64,000 nucleotides of DNA from Octopus sinensis (GCF_006345805.1 NC_042997.1:193378001-193442000); one strand, 5' to 3'. Positions 10,390 to 22,702 are shown, numbered from the stretch's first letter. Notes: a model not told the origin generated them from the sequence alone. Numbers and translations are program-made.

Positions 10390-10742
10390 GGATCTTTTCG
10401 GTTTGAACGGCAGTTTTTTCTCGCGGTGTCATATGAAATTGTCACATAGTATCGATCTATTGCATTTCAATCTGTTTTAGGGTTAGGGATGGGGGAAGGG
10501 TATCTTTTTTCTTCACAAATGTAAATAAACCCAATCTGTTTCTTAAACGAGGGACATATTCATACGGCACAGAATGTTTTCACCTCAATAGACGTCATTG
10601 ATTGGTTGAAATTGCAGAAATTGAAGAAAACAACAACAAATATCTTACAAACTATAGAATTTTCTCAATAAAGTCAAGAGAAAAAGATGTTTAGTTACGT
10701 GAAAATTATTTTAAAAAACTGCCGTTCAAACCGAAAAGATCC
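10390..10742. mobile_element. MITE with GG termini (Merlin-like family)
   Basis: TIR GGATCTTTTCGGTTTGAACGGCAGTTTTTT at both ends. Related copies in the DCTD spacers carry an 8-bp TSD TAAAGTTT. Confidence 0.85.
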
Positions 10743-11540
10743 GACACTTGGCGGAGGTAAAGATAATGGACCGCACCCCCTTTGTCATGTTTATTTTATT
10801 TTTTTTATACTTACAGGAACCACTATATCGAGTGCGGAGATTCCGAATCTGCAAAAAAATCTCCATTTCAAAATTTAGATCCCCCTCCCCACTAAATTTC
10901 TTAAATTTTCACTTAAAATTTTTTTTTTACGAAATATGTAGAAAAATACAGAGATTATGGATTCTGAATAAAAAATTCTGTAAAATTTTTCAAAATAATA
11001 AATAGAATAAACATCCCTCCCCTCTCCACTATGACAAGAAGTGAAATTAAAGTGTTTTCCCTACTAATGTTTAATGACGAACATAACCCAACATGTTGTG
11101 GTCAGGGTCTTTTGGAATTAAGAGGGGTCATGTAAAAATTAAATTTTTTGCTCACACACACGCATATGTTTTTCTCCGTCACAACATATGAGTGTGAAAG
11201 GAAGGGGTGATGAAAACTCTACGGTGAACCCCCCCCCCCAATCAAACAGCGTTTCAATTCTGCGAGAGTATATGTGTGTGTATGTACAAGGGAGGTATGT
11301 GAATGTTTGTGTGTGCAACGGAAGTGGGATGGTGAGCATTCAACGCTGAAAAGAAAAATCAAACAGCGTTTCAACTCTGTGTATTTGGTATTTACTTGCC
11401 AGCTCACGTGTGTAGTCACGGTCAGCTTTATGTGGCCTTAAGTCAAGCAAGGAGGAAGGAAAACTTGAAAATTCTTTTGAAGGAAACAAGCAGTCAATGG
11501 ATGTTAGTTGCGAATAGATTTTTCACAAAATATTTGGTTA

Positions 11541-11942
11541 TAGGCGCAGGAGTCGCTGTGTGGTAAGTAGCTTGCTTACCAGCCACATGGTTCCGAGTTC
11601 AGTCCCACTGTGTGGCACCTTGGGCAAGTGTCTTCTAATATAGCCTCGGGCCGACCAAAGCCTTGTGAGTGGATTTGGTAGACGGAAACTGAAAGAAGCC
11701 CGTCGTATATATATATATACATGTGTGTGTGTGTGTGTGTTTGTCCCCCCAACATCGCTTGACAACCGATGCTGGTGTGTTTACGTCCCCGTAACCTAGC
11801 GGTTTGGCAAATGGGGCCGATAGAATAGGTACTAGACTTCCAAAGAATAAGTCCTGGGGTCGGTTTCCTCGACTAAAGGTGGTGCTCCAGCATGGCTGCA
11901 GTCAAATGACTGAAACAAGTAAAAGAGTAAAGAGTAAAGAGT
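11541..11942 (+). mobile_element. SINE family A, full length
   Basis: Complete head, core, microsatellite and (GTAAAGA)n tail as in 321-733. Confidence 0.85.
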
Positions 11943-12865
11943 TATAAAAGAATTATTAAACTAAAAACCTGGTTTTGTACCTTATTTATATACAAAATAC
12001 TACAATTAACCGTCAGTTTTGATGGTACGGGGTCAGCTAGTCCACTAATATATAATTCTCTTGTTCTTTTGTCTATCATAAGAGATGACTGACGAAAGAA
12101 GGGTTAGGGTTAGGGGTGGGAGAAAAGGTGTTCTGTTATCTTTAGAAATGTAAACAAAGTCACGTGTGTACCTATACCGAAGGATCACTAAAATATAAAC
12201 ATAAATGAGGATCGGATGAGTTTTGGGTTCGGGTTAGTGAGTTAACCCGCCCGTTGGTTATCCCTTTTTGGGAATCTTTTTCCTTCCTTTTATGCTCCGA
12301 CCGACCGCGCAAGCACAGCCTCGTGCATTCTCATCTTTCTTACCACTGCCGTCCATCTTTTTCCAAACGCTCTTTGCGGCACACTCCTCCTCTCCAGACG
12401 GATCTACATGCAAGTTCTGAGAAAGGACGGAATAATGTTATTTTGTTTATCTTTTCCCATATTCACCGCTTGAATTATCTGCCCTTCCTATCTGACACGC
12501 GGTGTCTTAGATTAACTCGAAGCACATGTTTCAGTTAATTTGATGAAATGATCGTTTTAAAAAAAGCATAACATTTCTCTAATATATTAAATCAGTATAT
12601 TGAAATATATCTCTTGAACTAATCCACAGACAAGAATCTTTTGAATTTGTCATCAACATCTCCGAGAGGTATTGTATTTCTTTTTTTATTCTCTACATCG
12701 TCTCGACTTACAATACTTTTCTCTCGATATGTTTTAAATATTTATTATATTATTATTAGCTTATTTTCCTCACGTTCTTCTGCTTTGTATTTTGTTTTAT
12801 ATTCATGAACCAAGAAATTTTACGCTAAAACACATTTAAAAGCAGAAATATAAGTTGATCTATAT

Positions 12866-13066
12866 CAGTGCTTTTCAAACTTTTTGCTGGAGTGGAACCC
12901 CAAGGAAACATTCCACTGGCTCGAGGAACCCCTGTGCAATAATTTAATAGTCTTATGCACACATATCTGCACAGGAGAATGAAAAATTACTGCCGATTTT
13001 AGCAGTTTTGTAACTTCTTGCGGAACCCCTGGACTGTACTGGCGGAACCCTGGTTGAAAACCACTG
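12866..13066. mobile_element. hAT (Charlie-like) MITE
   Basis: CAGTG..CACTG termini; 8-bp TSD ATCTATAT at 12858-12865 and 13067-13074. Confidence 0.9.
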
Positions 13067-13309
13067 ATCTATATGAACGCAAAACGACAGGTATTCGTCT
13101 AATATTAAGTATAACACAGTCACATTGCCCAGTCCCACTGCTTTGACGCGATGAAATTATCGAATATTATAATTCATTGTTATTACTTATTAAAGTCTCC
13201 CTTGCGATGTTACTTTGGGTTGGCCATTTCTATATTTTAGCAAATCATTACTCGTTTCTGTCCATAAACTTTCATGGTAACTACATATCCGCAAGAACTA
13301 AAACTGAAT

Positions 13310-13527
13310 GGTACTACTTAAGAACAGTGATCCCGGTGCGCGCACTCGCTCATCCGCGCTAGCTAGTCGTGACTAGTCGATCCTTACTTTGTTTTAAAAA
13401 ATTATTTACTTTGTGTTTTTGTGTTTTATTTACTTTGCTAGGTAGTCGTTCTAGAATCGACTAGTCACGACTAGCTAGCGCGGATGCACGACTGCGCGCA
13501 CCGGGACCACTCTTCTTAAGTAGTACC
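13310..13527. mobile_element. Short MITE of the GGTA/9-bp-TSD family
   Basis: TIR GGTACTACTTAAGAA..TTCTTAAGTAGTACC; TSD AAACTGAAT at 13301-13309 and 13528-13536. Confidence 0.9.
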
Positions 13528-13814
13528 AAACTGAATTCTAGAAGTTACGTTTTCTCTTGAAAACCAGAAAATACTCAATTCCTGATCAGCTTCTAATCCT
13601 CTGTAAAACTCAGGTGTTGCTTTTATAATTTAATCATTGCACACATGCTACAACCTCCATCTCACTATTTTAATGGCCTCTGCTCCTCACAGCTTGTTAG
13701 GCTCATGCTTCACCTACTCAGATATTCTCAACTCTTATGTTGTTCCCCTGATATCATCCTTGGGCGGACGTCAGACTTACGAAGCACCAATAGGTTGGAA
13801 TTTCTCCTTTTTCA

Positions 13815-14560
13815 CGAAGATTCTTCAGATTTTTTTTTATGGTACCCTTGAAAATGTTCTGGAGCATCTTTCAGCAAAAAGAAAAAAAAAATGCAAAAAA
13901 TGATGTCCTCGCCCCATCTTCCCCCCTCCAGATCGATTTTGGTGGCACCTCGCATTCACAAACTGTAAGAGAAGCCTTTTCGGTAAAAACAAAAAAAGAA
14001 AGAAAAGTAAAATATTTTCAGACGGAAAAGTGTAATTTAAGGGAAGTTTGGCTGTTGTTTCAAGCATATCCCATGGCCGGTAAGGTTTAGGGGTTGATAA
14101 AAATCATAAATTTTCAAAAAACTTATTTTTAATAGCATAAAAATGAGTTTATGCTATTAATGGGGAGAAAATATTGAAAAAAACATTAATACAAAGAATA
14201 AGTCCTGGGGTCGATTTGCTCGACTAAAGGTGGTGCTCCAGTATGGCCGCAGTCAAATGACTGAAACAAGTAAAAGAGTACTTGTCAGAGTGAGAAGGAA
14301 ACGAAAGTGGCCATGGGATATGCTAGAAACAACAGTCAAATCTCCCTTTAATCACATTTTTCATTTAAAAGTATTTCCTTTTTTTTCTTTTACTGTAGAG
14401 GCTTCTCTTATAGTTTTGAAGTGGATAGTGCCTCAAAAAAAATCATCGTATGTAGTGCCCACAAAATCAGTTAGGGGGCATAATTTTTTGCAAATTCTTT
14501 TTGCTCAAAAGATAGTCTAGAGCCTTTCCCAGGGCACTGCGAAAAGCATCTAAAAAATCC
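13815..14560. repeat. Diverged long inverted-repeat (foldback-like) element with a SINE A tail in its centre
   Basis: About 14031-14078 is inverted at about 14308-14355, and weaker inverted similarity extends about 250 bp on each side. SINE A tail at about 14189-14280. Confidence 0.55.
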
Positions 14561-15279
14561 CTGTCAAAACAGAAATTCCAATTTGGTGCTTCCTAAGTCC
14601 GACATCTGCCCATCCTTGTGTCTACCTCACAGGCAACATACTATTCATTGCACCTGGTCCTTCCTTCCTAGAACAGTTCTCTGGGATTTCATTTGCTTAT
14701 GTCTTTTCCTACAAGTGTTGACTAACTCAGTTCAAGAGGAACATTAATAACATCAATCCCACCATTTTAATTAAGCCTGTGAATGCCATGGGCACTGCTC
14801 CCAACTCCAGATCCAGTTTAGCCCCTCCCGATGTATTCCCTTATCATTATTCCTACTGTGTCTTATCTCAATTGCTCAATCCTTTCTCCTGAGAACCACA
14901 GCCCTCTAATCGTCCTTCACCACCCATTTACAGGTATCAACTTACAGAAGTTCAAATTGAAATTACTTTGACTATACCAGTCTGTTGGGCCTGCAAGAGC
15001 CATTGAAATCTACTACACTGGCTAACTATAGAAAAAAAACTGCCTCAACTTCTTCCATCTTTATCTTCTTTCCACCTACTCCCTCCTGCTCTTTTATAAT
15101 GCATGGTTAACATGTATCTCCTCTATAGAAAAAAAAACACCTGTATTTGTCCTCCTATTATACTTCAGCCTCTCAACATGGGATCATCATCATCATTTAA
15201 CATTCACTTGCCCATGTTTGCAGTACAGAATTTGTACATGAATAACGAATTGTTAGTCATAATATGTTTTGTAATGTTA

Positions 15280-15577
15280 GGCGATGTTGGTAACCATTCG
15301 AGCATGCCTTACTGGCACCTGTGCTGGCGGCATGTGTAAAGAGATTCGCACAAGGCCATTGCCGGTACCGCCTGACTGGCCCCCGTGCTGGTGGCACGTA
15401 AAAAACATCCACTACACTCTTGGAGTGGTTGGCGTTAGGAAGGGCATCCAGCTGTAGAAACTCTGCTAGATCAAGATTGGGGGCCTGGTGCAGCCATCTG
15501 GTTCGCCAGCCCTCAGTCAAAATCGTCCAACCCATGCTAGCATGGAAAGCAGGCGTTAAACGATGATGATGATGATG
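15280..15577 (+). mobile_element. 5'-truncated RTE 3' UTR (family C) with (GAT)n tail
   Basis: GGCACGTAAAA subrepeats, GGCGTTAGGAAGGGCATCCAGCTGTAGAAAC, CATGCTAGCATGG, GATGATGATG. Related copies at about 15880-16128, 20145-20342, 24925-25260, 26255-26400, 37848-38200 and 53700-54015. Confidence 0.75.
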
Positions 15578-16128
15578 TTAGGGGCTAGTACCAATGGGAG
15601 AGGAAAAGGTAAGGAGGTTAGATCTCAGAATGCAGGACTTCACATGTGAGATGATAAAAGACTGAGACAGCATAAAATTATCCTCATCTACTTCAGCTGG
15701 CTTGGTTTTACATATCACCATCATTGCTTTTTAAGTGGCACCAGTACCCACAACAATGCTTTGCATGTGGCGTTTTGGTTTTAGGATCTCAATTCTGTTG
15801 TGGTGGGCGGGTCTTCTTGAGTACAGCAATGCACCACATACCTCAGTCCTCTGTTATTTCCTTTGTAAGGTTTAGTGCCGCCTTGACTGGCTTCTGAGCT
15901 GGTGGCACGTAAAAAGCACCAACCAATCGTGGCCGTTGCCAGCCTCACCTGACACATAAAAAGCACCCACTACACTCACGGATTGGTTGGTGTTAGGAAG
16001 GGCATCCAGCTGTAGAAACACTGCCAGATCAGACTGGAGCCTGGTGCAGCCTCCTGGCTTCCCAGACCCCAGTTGAACCGTCCAGCTCGTGCTAGCATGG
16101 AAATCAGACGTTAAAAGATGATGATGAG

Positions 16129-16670
16129 ATCATCCTTCAGTACTTCATCCCATGTCTTCCTGAGTCTTCCTCTTCCACAACTTCTCTCCACTTTTTGCAA
16201 CTGTCCTCATCCATCCACATCACATGACCAAACCAGCACAGTCTCCTCTCTTGCACACTACATATAATTCCTCTTATGCTTAACTTTTCTCTCTATACAT
16301 TAGTGCTCTGTCCCCCATGTACACTGATATTGCACATCTAGTAGTGCATACCAGCATCATTCCTTTTTAGTCTTTACTACCCACAAGGGGCTAAACACAG
16401 AGGGAACGAACAAAGACAGACAAAAGGATTAAATTGATTATATTGACCCCAGTACGTAACTGTACTTATTTAATCGACCCTGAAAGGATGAAAGGCAAAG
16501 TCGACCTCGGTGGAATTTGAACTCAGAACGTAGCGGCAAACGAAATACCTGCCTTAGCATTATTCCTTTTTAGTCTTTGCATATCCTCTGCATTCACTGC
16601 CCATGTCTCACTACCATGTAGCATCACCATTCACTCACATGCATCCTATAATCCTGCTTTCACTTGGTAA
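16129..16670 (-). mobile_element. RTE LINE ORF fragment interrupted by SINE B (16376-16555)
   Basis: Minus strand reads MLHGSETWAVNAEDM..VQERRLCWFGHV. The SINE is flanked by AGCAT(C/T)ATTCCTTTTTAGTCTTT at 16353-16375 and 16556-16578. Confidence 0.8.
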
Positions 16671-16840
16671 AGTAGATGTAAATGTCCAACATGAAGTGTT
16701 TGTAAGGTTTTACAAGTTCATTTTGTTTCATTTATGGAAATGAATTTTTCTAAACTGTTGAAGTAATGCAGAATAATTTGCTACATTATTATATTTATTT
16801 TATCTTTTTCCCTTCTTTGTATACAGTTCATCAATTAAAA

Positions 16841-19800
16841 ATGCCAGAAAATTTGAAAATAAAAAAGAAAGCTACCAAAATGGATAAAAGTCTTGTGAAG
16901 GAGGAATCTGATGAAATTGTCTCTGATGTACAAGCATTTATAAAAGATCTCGGCCTCAATACATCAGTTCCATCTAGTATGAAAAGTAATGTATCTGCAC
17001 AACCACTGCCTGAGGATTTTAACTGGGGTGACATGATGCCAAAGAAAAAAGGAACCGTGCCGCCTTCTGCATCCCAAACTGAAAAAGTGTCAGCTGATAC
17101 ATCAAAGGATGCTGCAGACAGTAAAGGACCAAGTAAAAAAAAATCAAAGAACAAATATAGACCTCAAACAGATGAGGGTGTTGTGGGATTAAATAAAGTT
17201 TCTTCTGAGAAAGTCCAAGATGATGAGATTTCGAGTACCACAAAATCAGTTAAAAAAAAGAAAACTGGCGAGAAAAGTGGTAAGAAAGAATTTATAAAAT
17301 TAGTTGTTGAAGCAGGGACCGTTTGGTATGATTACCTAGAAAAGAAAAACATGGACAACAAGAGTAGAGACAACACCAATAAGACCAAGCGTACCAGTGC
17401 GAAACCTTTGGAGTCGGAAGCTGCAGAAATTTTCCAGAAGGATGTAGAAAATTATAAGAACCTGAGAGCTAAACGGGAACCTTCTGAAAGCAGTTGGTTT
17501 GAAAAGGTTATTGCATCTGGAACTTTGAGCGACAAAGAAGCAGCTTTCCAGCTTTATGTGACTCAATCACCTGTCCACAATCTCGATTCTTTGGATAATC
17601 TTATTGCTATGACACAGAAGAAAAGTCGCCATGTTAACATTAAAGCTGCACTTGTTTTGAAAGATCTTTTTATCAAATATATTTTGCCACCGGACAAAAC
17701 TCTAATGTCATTTCATGAACACAAAACTGATGAATTAAGTAATTCTAATCGAAAGAAGCAACTTGCCTTGTGGTACTTTGAAAACGAATTGAAGAAACGT
17801 TTTGGTGTTTTCGCTGAGTCATTAGTTAGAATGCTACAAGACAATGTCGATGCTTGCAAAGAAAAAGTATTGGCTATTATTAGTGAAATTCTTGTTTACA
17901 CTTCTGAACAAGAGACTATTTTACTGTCATCTCTTGTAAATAAAATTGGCGACCCTAGTTACAAAGTAGCATCAAAAACAATATACGTCTTGTCTAAATT
18001 TTTGAAACTTTGTCCATTGAAAAAATTAAAGGTTATCGATGAGGTAGAAATGCTTCTGTGCCGTTCTGGCATGAAAGAGAGGGGCCTCTATTACGCCTTT
18101 TGCTTCCTCTCTAATCTTCGGTTAAAAGAAGGCGAAAGCAAAATAGCTGAGAAACTTGTCAATGTTTACTTGAAATTCTTCCAGAAATACATTCAAAAAG
18201 GGGAAATGGACAATCGAATGCTTAGTGCTATTCTTTGTGGTATCAATTTTGCTTTTAAAATTATACATGAAAATCGAGAGTTCATTGCAGAACATACTGA
18301 AATACTGTACAAAACTGTACATCTTGTGAACTTTAATACTAGCTTACAGGTAATGATGTTGCTGTATCAAATAATGGAATCAGAAAGTTTATCTGATCGA
18401 TTTTATATGGTTCTTTATCGTAAAATGTGTGACCCTGCCTTGAAGAGTTCAAACCGACACATGCACTTCTTAAATCTTGTCTTCAGAGCCATTAAGAATG
18501 ACCACTCGGAAGCCAGAATAAAAGCTTTTATTAAAAGACTTCTTCAGATATGTCTTTATCAGTATCCTCCTTTCATCTGCGGTTCTCTCTGTCTCTTATC
18601 TGAAGTCTTTCGTGAGAAGCCTAAATTGCTGAACCTGGACCAAAACGCTGAAAACTTGATGGATAGCGAGGATGAGGAATGCTATAAAGATGTTGAGTTA
18701 GACAGTGATACAGAGTCTCCACAACAAGCAGCATCAGATTCAGAGTTGACGAATAAGGATGATAACGAAGAAGATTCCAAGTCATCTGGACAGGTTTCTT
18801 CTTGGGTACATCGTAAAAATTTAAAATATGTTCCCACCAACATATATTATATGCCACATCACCGTAACCCTCTTTATTGTCAAGCAGAGACAACACTATT
18901 TTGGGAATTATACTTACTGTCATTTCATTTTCACCCAACTGTCTCTCTTTATGCTTCGACATTACTAAACAATAAGTTTATTGACCATGAAGGTAATCCT
19001 TTGCAAGATTACACCTTGATACGTTTCCTTGACAGATTTGTATTCAAAAATCCAAAACAAATTAAAGAGAAGTCTTCTGAGCCTAAAAAGAATCGGTATA
19101 TACCAACAGGTATTAAACTAATTCCTGCAAATGATAGAAAATATCTTGAAAAAGCGAATAAAATTCCTGTTGAGGAGAAATATCTCTATCAGTATTTCTT
19201 GCACAAAAAGGCTGTTACTACTGACAAGGGGATTTTCAGTGAGGACGAAGAAGTTAGTGATGATGAATTTGACCAAATTCTTGACCAATATGAAAGAAAT
19301 GCAGATGATAAGGAATTAACAGCATTTGATTTTTATGGGGAACTTGGAAAACAAAGTGCGAAGAAGAGAAGCTTGGAAGCAGATTTTAGTAGCAGTGAGG
19401 GCTCTGATGAGGAGTCAGATGATGAAGTTGACTTAGGAGAAGATTTTATGGCAGAATATAAAGACTTTGGTGGGGAGAGTGATAATGAAAATAGTAACTG
19501 TGAGTTTGATGAAGAAAATATCAAATTTTCTGATGATAGTGATGGAGAGGATGATTATGAGAAATTTTGTAAACCCAAAATTAAAAAACTGAAAAGGCTT
19601 AAAAAGGAATCTGAACAGAATCCTCATGATACGTCTAAGTTTTTCGTGGCTGCCGAGGAATTTTCTCATATGCTAGAAGATAACATTGTGAGTAACATTG
19701 GAAGCCAGGCAGTTGTGAACAAAGACAAATCAAGTGCCAAACAGATGAAATGGGAAATGGCCAGGGAACAGTGGATGAAAAAATCTGATTGGAAACAGAA

Positions 19801-19906
19801 ACGACAGCCAAAATGGAAAAAGAAAAGTGGTAATAAAAGTAAATTTGTTACGAAACCTAAACAGAAAGGAGTAGGGAAAAAACAGAAAAGGAAAAATTGG
19901 AAGTAA
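16841..19906 (+). CDS. CEBPZ: CCAAT/enhancer-binding protein zeta (Mak21/Noc1, CBF domain), single coding exon, about 1021 aa
   Basis: Uninterrupted ORF with family motifs GTLSDK, SSLVNKIGDP, DRFYMVLYRK, RIKAFIKRLLQ, HRNPLYC, HFHPTVSLYA, DYTLIRFLDRFVFKNPK, an acidic tract and a basic C-terminus. Start placed at Met26 of the listed ORF because a polypyrimidine tract plus AG (16825-16826) lies just upstream. AATAAA at 19921. Confidence 0.92.
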   Translation: MPENLKIKKKATKMDKSLVKEESDEIVSDVQAFIKDLGLNTSVPSSMKSNVSAQPLPEDFNWGDMMPKKKGTVPPSASQTEKVSADTSKDAADSKGPSKKKSKNKYRPQTDEGVVGLNKVSSEKVQDDEISSTTKSVKKKKTGEKSGKKEFIKLVVEAGTVWYDYLEKKNMDNKSRDNTNKTKRTSAKPLESEAAEIFQKDVENYKNLRAKREPSESSWFEKVIASGTLSDKEAAFQLYVTQSPVHNLDSLDNLIAMTQKKSRHVNIKAALVLKDLFIKYILPPDKTLMSFHEHKTDELSNSNRKKQLALWYFENELKKRFGVFAESLVRMLQDNVDACKEKVLAIISEILVYTSEQETILLSSLVNKIGDPSYKVASKTIYVLSKFLKLCPLKKLKVIDEVEMLLCRSGMKERGLYYAFCFLSNLRLKEGESKIAEKLVNVYLKFFQKYIQKGEMDNRMLSAILCGINFAFKIIHENREFIAEHTEILYKTVHLVNFNTSLQVMMLLYQIMESESLSDRFYMVLYRKMCDPALKSSNRHMHFLNLVFRAIKNDHSEARIKAFIKRLLQICLYQYPPFICGSLCLLSEVFREKPKLLNLDQNAENLMDSEDEECYKDVELDSDTESPQQAASDSELTNKDDNEEDSKSSGQVSSWVHRKNLKYVPTNIYYMPHHRNPLYCQAETTLFWELYLLSFHFHPTVSLYASTLLNNKFIDHEGNPLQDYTLIRFLDRFVFKNPKQIKEKSSEPKKNRYIPTGIKLIPANDRKYLEKANKIPVEEKYLYQYFLHKKAVTTDKGIFSEDEEVSDDEFDQILDQYERNADDKELTAFDFYGELGKQSAKKRSLEADFSSSEGSDEESDDEVDLGEDFMAEYKDFGGESDNENSNCEFDEENIKFSDDSDGEDDYEKFCKPKIKKLKRLKKESEQNPHDTSKFFVAAEEFSHMLEDNIVSNIGSQAVVNKDKSSAKQMKWEMAREQWMKKSDWKQKRQPKWKKKSGNKSKFVTKPKQKGVGKKQKRKNWK

Positions 19907-20742
19907 TTAAAACTGTTTTCAATAAATATTTTTAATAATACTTTTCTTTTTATGTTAAATTATTAACTGGAATATATTCTTGTGTGGATTTTGGTTTTGC
20001 TGGACCGAGTTGGTTTCTGGTTTTGAATTGCTAAGGTTACAGGTTGAACTCTAATACTTGTAATTTCAATTAGAGGTAAAAAGGGGATTAGGAATGAAGG
20101 GGTACCTGAAGGTAAGAGGGATGCAAGGGATGAATATCTGTTGTAAAAGCACCATCCGTTCGTGGCCGTTTACCAGCTCTGTCTGGCACCTGTGCGGGTG
20201 GCACGTAAAAAAAGGGCATCCAGCCGTAGAAACACTGCCAGATCAGACTAGGCCTGATGCAGCCTTCTGGCTTCACAGACCACAGTTGAACTGTCCAACC
20301 CATGCTAGCATGGAAAACGGACGCTAAATGATGATGATGATGAATCATAGGGGAGAATGAGAGGGAAACAGATATAGCTAAATGACTAGTTGTTCTGAAA
20401 ACATAAGGAATTAATCCTAGGAGGTTAAAGTTAATGATTATTAAAAATAATGATGAAATAATTAGTGAAAAGCCTCCTAGATTGTTTCTAAAAGATCGAG
20501 TAATTTGAATGTTAATGATTTGTTTTGGGATTATTAAAGAGGAATTTTAAAAAATGAAGGGAAAATTCAAAATGAAGAATTAATGAAAAAATAAGAGATC
20601 ATAGGGACAGAATTCATGTTAGAGAATGAAGATATAAGGTTGTTGAATTATGATCATCAAATGAAGAAAAAATATCTACTATCATTTTATCAGTTATATT
20701 TTGTTTTGTTTTTTTTGTTATTTTTTGGTTTATTAAATTATA

Positions 20743-21160
20743 TTAGAAATATTGAATTTCTAAATGTCTCAGAGAGACATGAGCGGTGGTGGAGCGATAT
20801 AGTGGTTGTATACTGTCAACTCAATGTGACAGTCCTGTAAGGGAATTACACCTCCGCCATTTAGCCCTAGGAAACATCGACGTCTCCTGTCGGCTTTGAC
20901 ACATTTTCTGTGTCCTTATATTTGCAAAGGGGAGGCAATCACCCCCGCCAGCTGGGACTAAGCACCTGAAGACATGCTTCTGAGTGTATTTCTCGTCGTC
21001 AGTTCAGGGTAGCCTGTCTCGTTCGCTGAAATGACTGCAACCTCTTCACAAATATATGCATTTTCAGTAAAATTTATTTACTGATCACCGAAATTAGAAA
21101 TATTGAATTTCTAAATGTCTTGGGACTGTCACATTGAGTTGACAGTATACGACCACTATA
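20743..21160. repeat. Repeat family G (about 350-bp unit) ending in an inverted copy of its own head
   Basis: TATAGTGGTTGTATACTGTCAACTCAATGTGACAGTCC (about 20798-20836) is inverted at about 21122-21160. The same unit is in tandem at 37341-37803. Confidence 0.65.
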
Positions 21161-21849
21161 AATTATATTATTTCATCATATAATAGATGAATTAATAAGG
21201 ATATTTCTTGCTCAGCTGTCATCAATTTATTTTGTTAGTTTACAGATATTCTCTCTTTCTCTTTTACTTGTTTCAGTCATTTGACTGCGGCCATGCTGGA
21301 GCACCGCCTTTAGTTGAGCAAATCGACCCCAGGACTTATTCTTTGTATTAATGTTTTTTTCAATAGTTTCTCCCCATTAATAGCATAAACTCATTTTTAT
21401 GCTATTAAAAATAAGTTTTTTGAAAATTTATGATTTTTATCAACCCCTAAACCTTACCGGCCATGGGATATGCTTGAAACAACATTTGACAGCGGCCATG
21501 CTGGAGCACCGCCTTTAGTCGAGCAAATCGCCCCCAGGACTTATTCTTTGTAAGCCTAGTGCTTATTCTATTGGTCTCTTTTGCTGAACCACCAAGTTAC
21601 AGGGACGTAAACACACCATTGGTTGTCAAGCGATGTTGGGGGGACAAACACAGACACACAAACATATACACACACATACATACATATCTATATCTATCTA
21701 TCTTCTCATCAGGCAAAGAAAGAAGTTAGCAGAAAACTAATAATGGAGAGATATAGAGCGATAGGTGAATTATAATAAAGCTTAAAGGCATGGAAGTAGA
21801 TATATTTAGTGGAAGTGCAATGTAAGAAGACAGTCAAAGGTCGAATTTT

Positions 21850-22640
21850 ATAGAATGGTAGAAATCACTTATAGGAATTAAAGGTATGTTTCTGCCAATG
21901 TTTGCAAAGGGATTCTTTGAGAATAGGATAAAAAACAATTCCCTATTACATAAAGAGCAAAAAGATTTACCTTTGTCATCACCGTGACCGACCAGGCTAT
22001 CAGATGTTGCTGCACATCGCTGGTCACAATGCACTTCGCATTGTTTTAGCCTTCAAATGACACCACCCCGCTGGCTAAGCGAGCAGGCCAACAGAAGAAA
22101 GAGTGAGAGAAAGTTGTGGCGAAAGAGTACAGCAGGGGTTGCCACGTGGAGCTTTAGGTGTTTTCGCTCAATAAACACAGCACTCTGTCTGGGAATCGAA
22201 ACTGCGATCCTACGACCGCGAGTCCGCTGCCCTTAACCATTGGATCATTGCGCCTCCACACCTTTGTCATGTGGTAAAGAAATAGAGAGAATATTCCATT
22301 CCAAATTAAATTGTTTATTATGATCTTTTAGATACCAGATTAATTTAGTAAGTCCAATATTGTTATGTTTATTGATATGTCTAAATGTAGAGTAATGATT
22401 AGATATTCTTTTGGATAACTGAGATGAAGAACTACCTATATAAAAAAAAGACATCAGAACTGGAAATAATTTTACATTGATAAATAGTGTTTCTACTCTT
22501 AGAATTACTGCTAAGAGAAAGAAATGTGATTGGAGTTGACTTCAGAAACAATAACCCCGCTGTTAATAGTATTAAAAGAATGGCTAGTGTTAACAAAATT
22601 AATGATAATATTTTCATTAAGTGGATTTGTATTTAACAAC
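21850..22640 (-). mobile_element. Penelope-like GIY-YIG endonuclease fragment interrupted by SINE D
   Basis: NTIYQCKI..FYIGSSSSQLSKRISNHYSTFRH..LTKLIWYLKD..FNLEWNIL, then KSFCSLCNRELFFIL beyond the SINE. Confidence 0.85.
21980..22259 (-). mobile_element. SINE family D
   Basis: Reverse complement of 7371-7670; TSD ACCTTTGTCAT at 21969-21979 and 22260-22270. Confidence 0.9.
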
Positions 22641-22702
22641 TTATGCGAAGAGATGATTTGTGAAAGATCTTTTTGTGCTAGAAAATCCTATCCTAATCCT
22701 AT

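Noticed and set aside
16766-16840. N-terminal 25 codons of the listed 1046-aa ORF
   Set aside because: They overlap a polypyrimidine tract and AG acceptor, so they are more likely intron and 5' UTR.
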